NCBI GenBank assembly: GCA_001029775.1
Contig: CP011215.1
Span: 490,303 to 554,302, forward strand
Length of the DNA stretch: 64,000 nucleotides
Reading direction: 5' to 3'
Source: Candidatus Campbellbacteria bacterium GW2011_OD1_34_28
GTDB lineage: Bacteria; Patescibacteriota; Minisyncoccia; Phycocordibacterales; UBA12079
Both the position numbers and the translations under genes were made by a program. Positions 62,606-64,000 of the stretch are shown piece by piece. Position 1 is the first letter of the stretch, and the number at the start of each line of letters is the position of its first letter. The notes under the pieces are model-generated. The model was not told the origin of the DNA. It was given only the letters and a program-made list of their open reading frames with translations, and searched no databases.

Positions 62606-63988
62606 TTAAATTTTGTGGATTTTTTGTCCGTCAGGAGTGTCTTTTATTTCAAACCCAAGTTTTTCTATTTCATTTCTCAAATGATCGGCTTCTGCGTAGT
62701 TTTTATTATCTCTTGCCTCTTTTCTTTTTTCCATCAGCATGACAATGTTGTGAGGAATTATTTCTTCAGAGAATATTTTTGGTGCCATAGATTTTGAATT
62801 TTTTAAATCTAATCCTAATACTCTATCAAAATCTAAAATCGTTGCTAATTTGTCTTTATTATTTAGATCAGATTTCAACAAATCAGACACGACAGCTAGA
62901 GCTTGTGCCGTATTAAAATCATCTTCCAATTTTTCTGTAAATTTTTTCTTGTAATCAATATTTATTTTCCCTTTGGGAGAAAAGATCTTTTTAAAGAGAG
63001 ATGTATTGTTATCAAGTTTTGCTACTTGCCCATATAAATTAATCAGACCTGTTTGAGAAGCTCTCAGCGCATCCCAAGTAAAATTTTGTTGGGAACGATA
63101 GTGTGCTTGCAAGAAAAAATATCGCAATGACAGTGGTCTATACCCTTTACTCTTTATATCAGAAACGCTAAAAGAAGTTCCTTGTGATTTTGACATTTTT
63201 CCACCATCAACCAAAAGATGTTCGTTGTGTATCCAATAATTTACAAATTTTGTATCGTTTGCTGATTCACTTTGTGCAATTTCGTTGGTATGGTGAACAG
63301 GAATATGTTCTACTCCTCCCATATGAATATCTACAGTATCTCCAATAAATTTTTTACTCATTGCAGAACATTCTATATGCCAACCAGGGAAACCTTGGCC
63401 CCAAGGAGATTTCCATGTTTGGATAGCATTTTCGTGAACTCCTTTTTTGAAAAACCAAAGAGCAAAATCGGAATTATTTTTCTTTTGTGCGTCAGTCACA
63501 TTTCCAGAACCTGCTCCTTGAATATTTTTTTCAAGAGACTGCCCTGAAAGTTGCGTGTAATTTTTTGCTTTTGATATATCAAAATAAATTGCCAAATCTG
63601 TTTGATAGGCGAAACCTTTATCAATCAATGTCTGTATCATACTTACAATTTCTGGAACTGTTTCTGTCGCTTTTGGACGATGGGTGGGGGAAAGGGTGTT
63701 TAGTTTTTTTACATCCTCTTCAAATATTTTTATGTATTTTTCAGAAATTTGTTGGGGGGTTAGGTTTTCTCTTTTTGCGCCTTTTTCCAGCTTGTCTTCG
63801 CCCTCATCCTCATCGCTTGTAAGATGTCCGACATCGGTATAATTGCGAACAAAGTTTACTTCGTAACCTAAATATCCAAATGTCCTAACAATGACATCAG
63901 ACATTACCATAGCGCGAATATTACCCAAGTGTTGTGTCCAATAAACAGTTGGTCCGCATTGATAAAAACCGACCCTTTTTTCTTCCAA
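62606..63988 (-). CDS. cysS: cysteinyl-tRNA synthetase
   Basis: CGPTVYWTQHLGNIRA (HIGH-type), GGKMSKSQGT (KMSKS), zinc-binding Cys. Confidence 0.85.
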   Translation of the reverse strand: MEEKRVGFYQCGPTVYWTQHLGNIRAMVMSDVIVRTFGYLGYEVNFVRNYTDVGHLTSDEDEGEDKLEKGAKRENLTPQQISEKYIKIFEEDVKKLNTLSPTHRPKATETVPEIVSMIQTLIDKGFAYQTDLAIYFDISKAKNYTQLSGQSLEKNIQGAGSGNVTDAQKKNNSDFALWFFKKGVHENAIQTWKSPWGQGFPGWHIECSAMSKKFIGDTVDIHMGGVEHIPVHHTNEIAQSESANDTKFVNYWIHNEHLLVDGGKMSKSQGTSFSVSDIKSKGYRPLSLRYFFLQAHYRSQQNFTWDALRASQTGLINLYGQVAKLDNNTSLFKKIFSPKGKINIDYKKKFTEKLEDDFNTAQALAVVSDLLKSDLNNKDKLATILDFDRVLGLDLKNSKSMAPKIFSEEIIPHNIVMLMEKRKEARDNKNYAEADHLRNEIEKLGFEIKDTPDGQKIHKI

Positions 63989-64000
63989 AGGTTTAAATTC

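Overview
This 64-kb window is AT-rich (about one-third GC), gene-dense and mostly housekeeping. It looks like a reduced-genome bacterium, possibly CPR/Patescibacteria-like, with standard genetic code; that placement is a guess. Supportable genes include murF, dnaE, rnhB, rpmF, a NusB-NUDIX fusion, rnc, dprA, serS, an FtsQ-like gene, a Dus-family gene, a LemA-DUF2207-HtpX cluster, class-II RNR, rplU, rpmG, rbfA, infB, cysteine desulfurase, tsaD, trxB, ftsZ, ftsA, ybeY, hisS, lepB, a P-type ATPase, rmuC, recR, dnaB and cysS. I identify 11 tRNA genes by hand-folding: Glu-CTC, Leu-TAG, Ser-GGA, Cys-GCA, Leu-TAA, Lys-CTT, Trp-CCA, Glu-TTC, Ser-CGA, Arg-CCT and Phe-GAA. The main hunt result is a family of GC-rich, modular, structured repeat elements lying immediately 3' of at least six tRNA genes. 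Each copy carries an inverted and/or direct copy of its host tRNA's 3' end around conserved internal blocks. Associated with them are a pseudo-tRNA-Leu, a triplicated tRNA-Lys 5' end and the recurring GAGCGAAGCGAG and GCAAACTGCTTTGC motifs. Other observations are a MurD fused to an N-terminal QueC/Dph6-like PP-loop ATP-pyrophosphatase domain, three tandem VirB2/TrbC-like small membrane-protein paralogs, and several small GC-rich ORFs that are compositional outliers. There are also heptamer AGCTNNT repeats upstream of rpmF and rnc, an exact 44-nt repeat, a candidate ncRNA between dnaE and rnhB, and several long palindromes. Everything is from reading the sequence. No database searches were run and no identity percentages were computed, so similarity statements are visual estimates.
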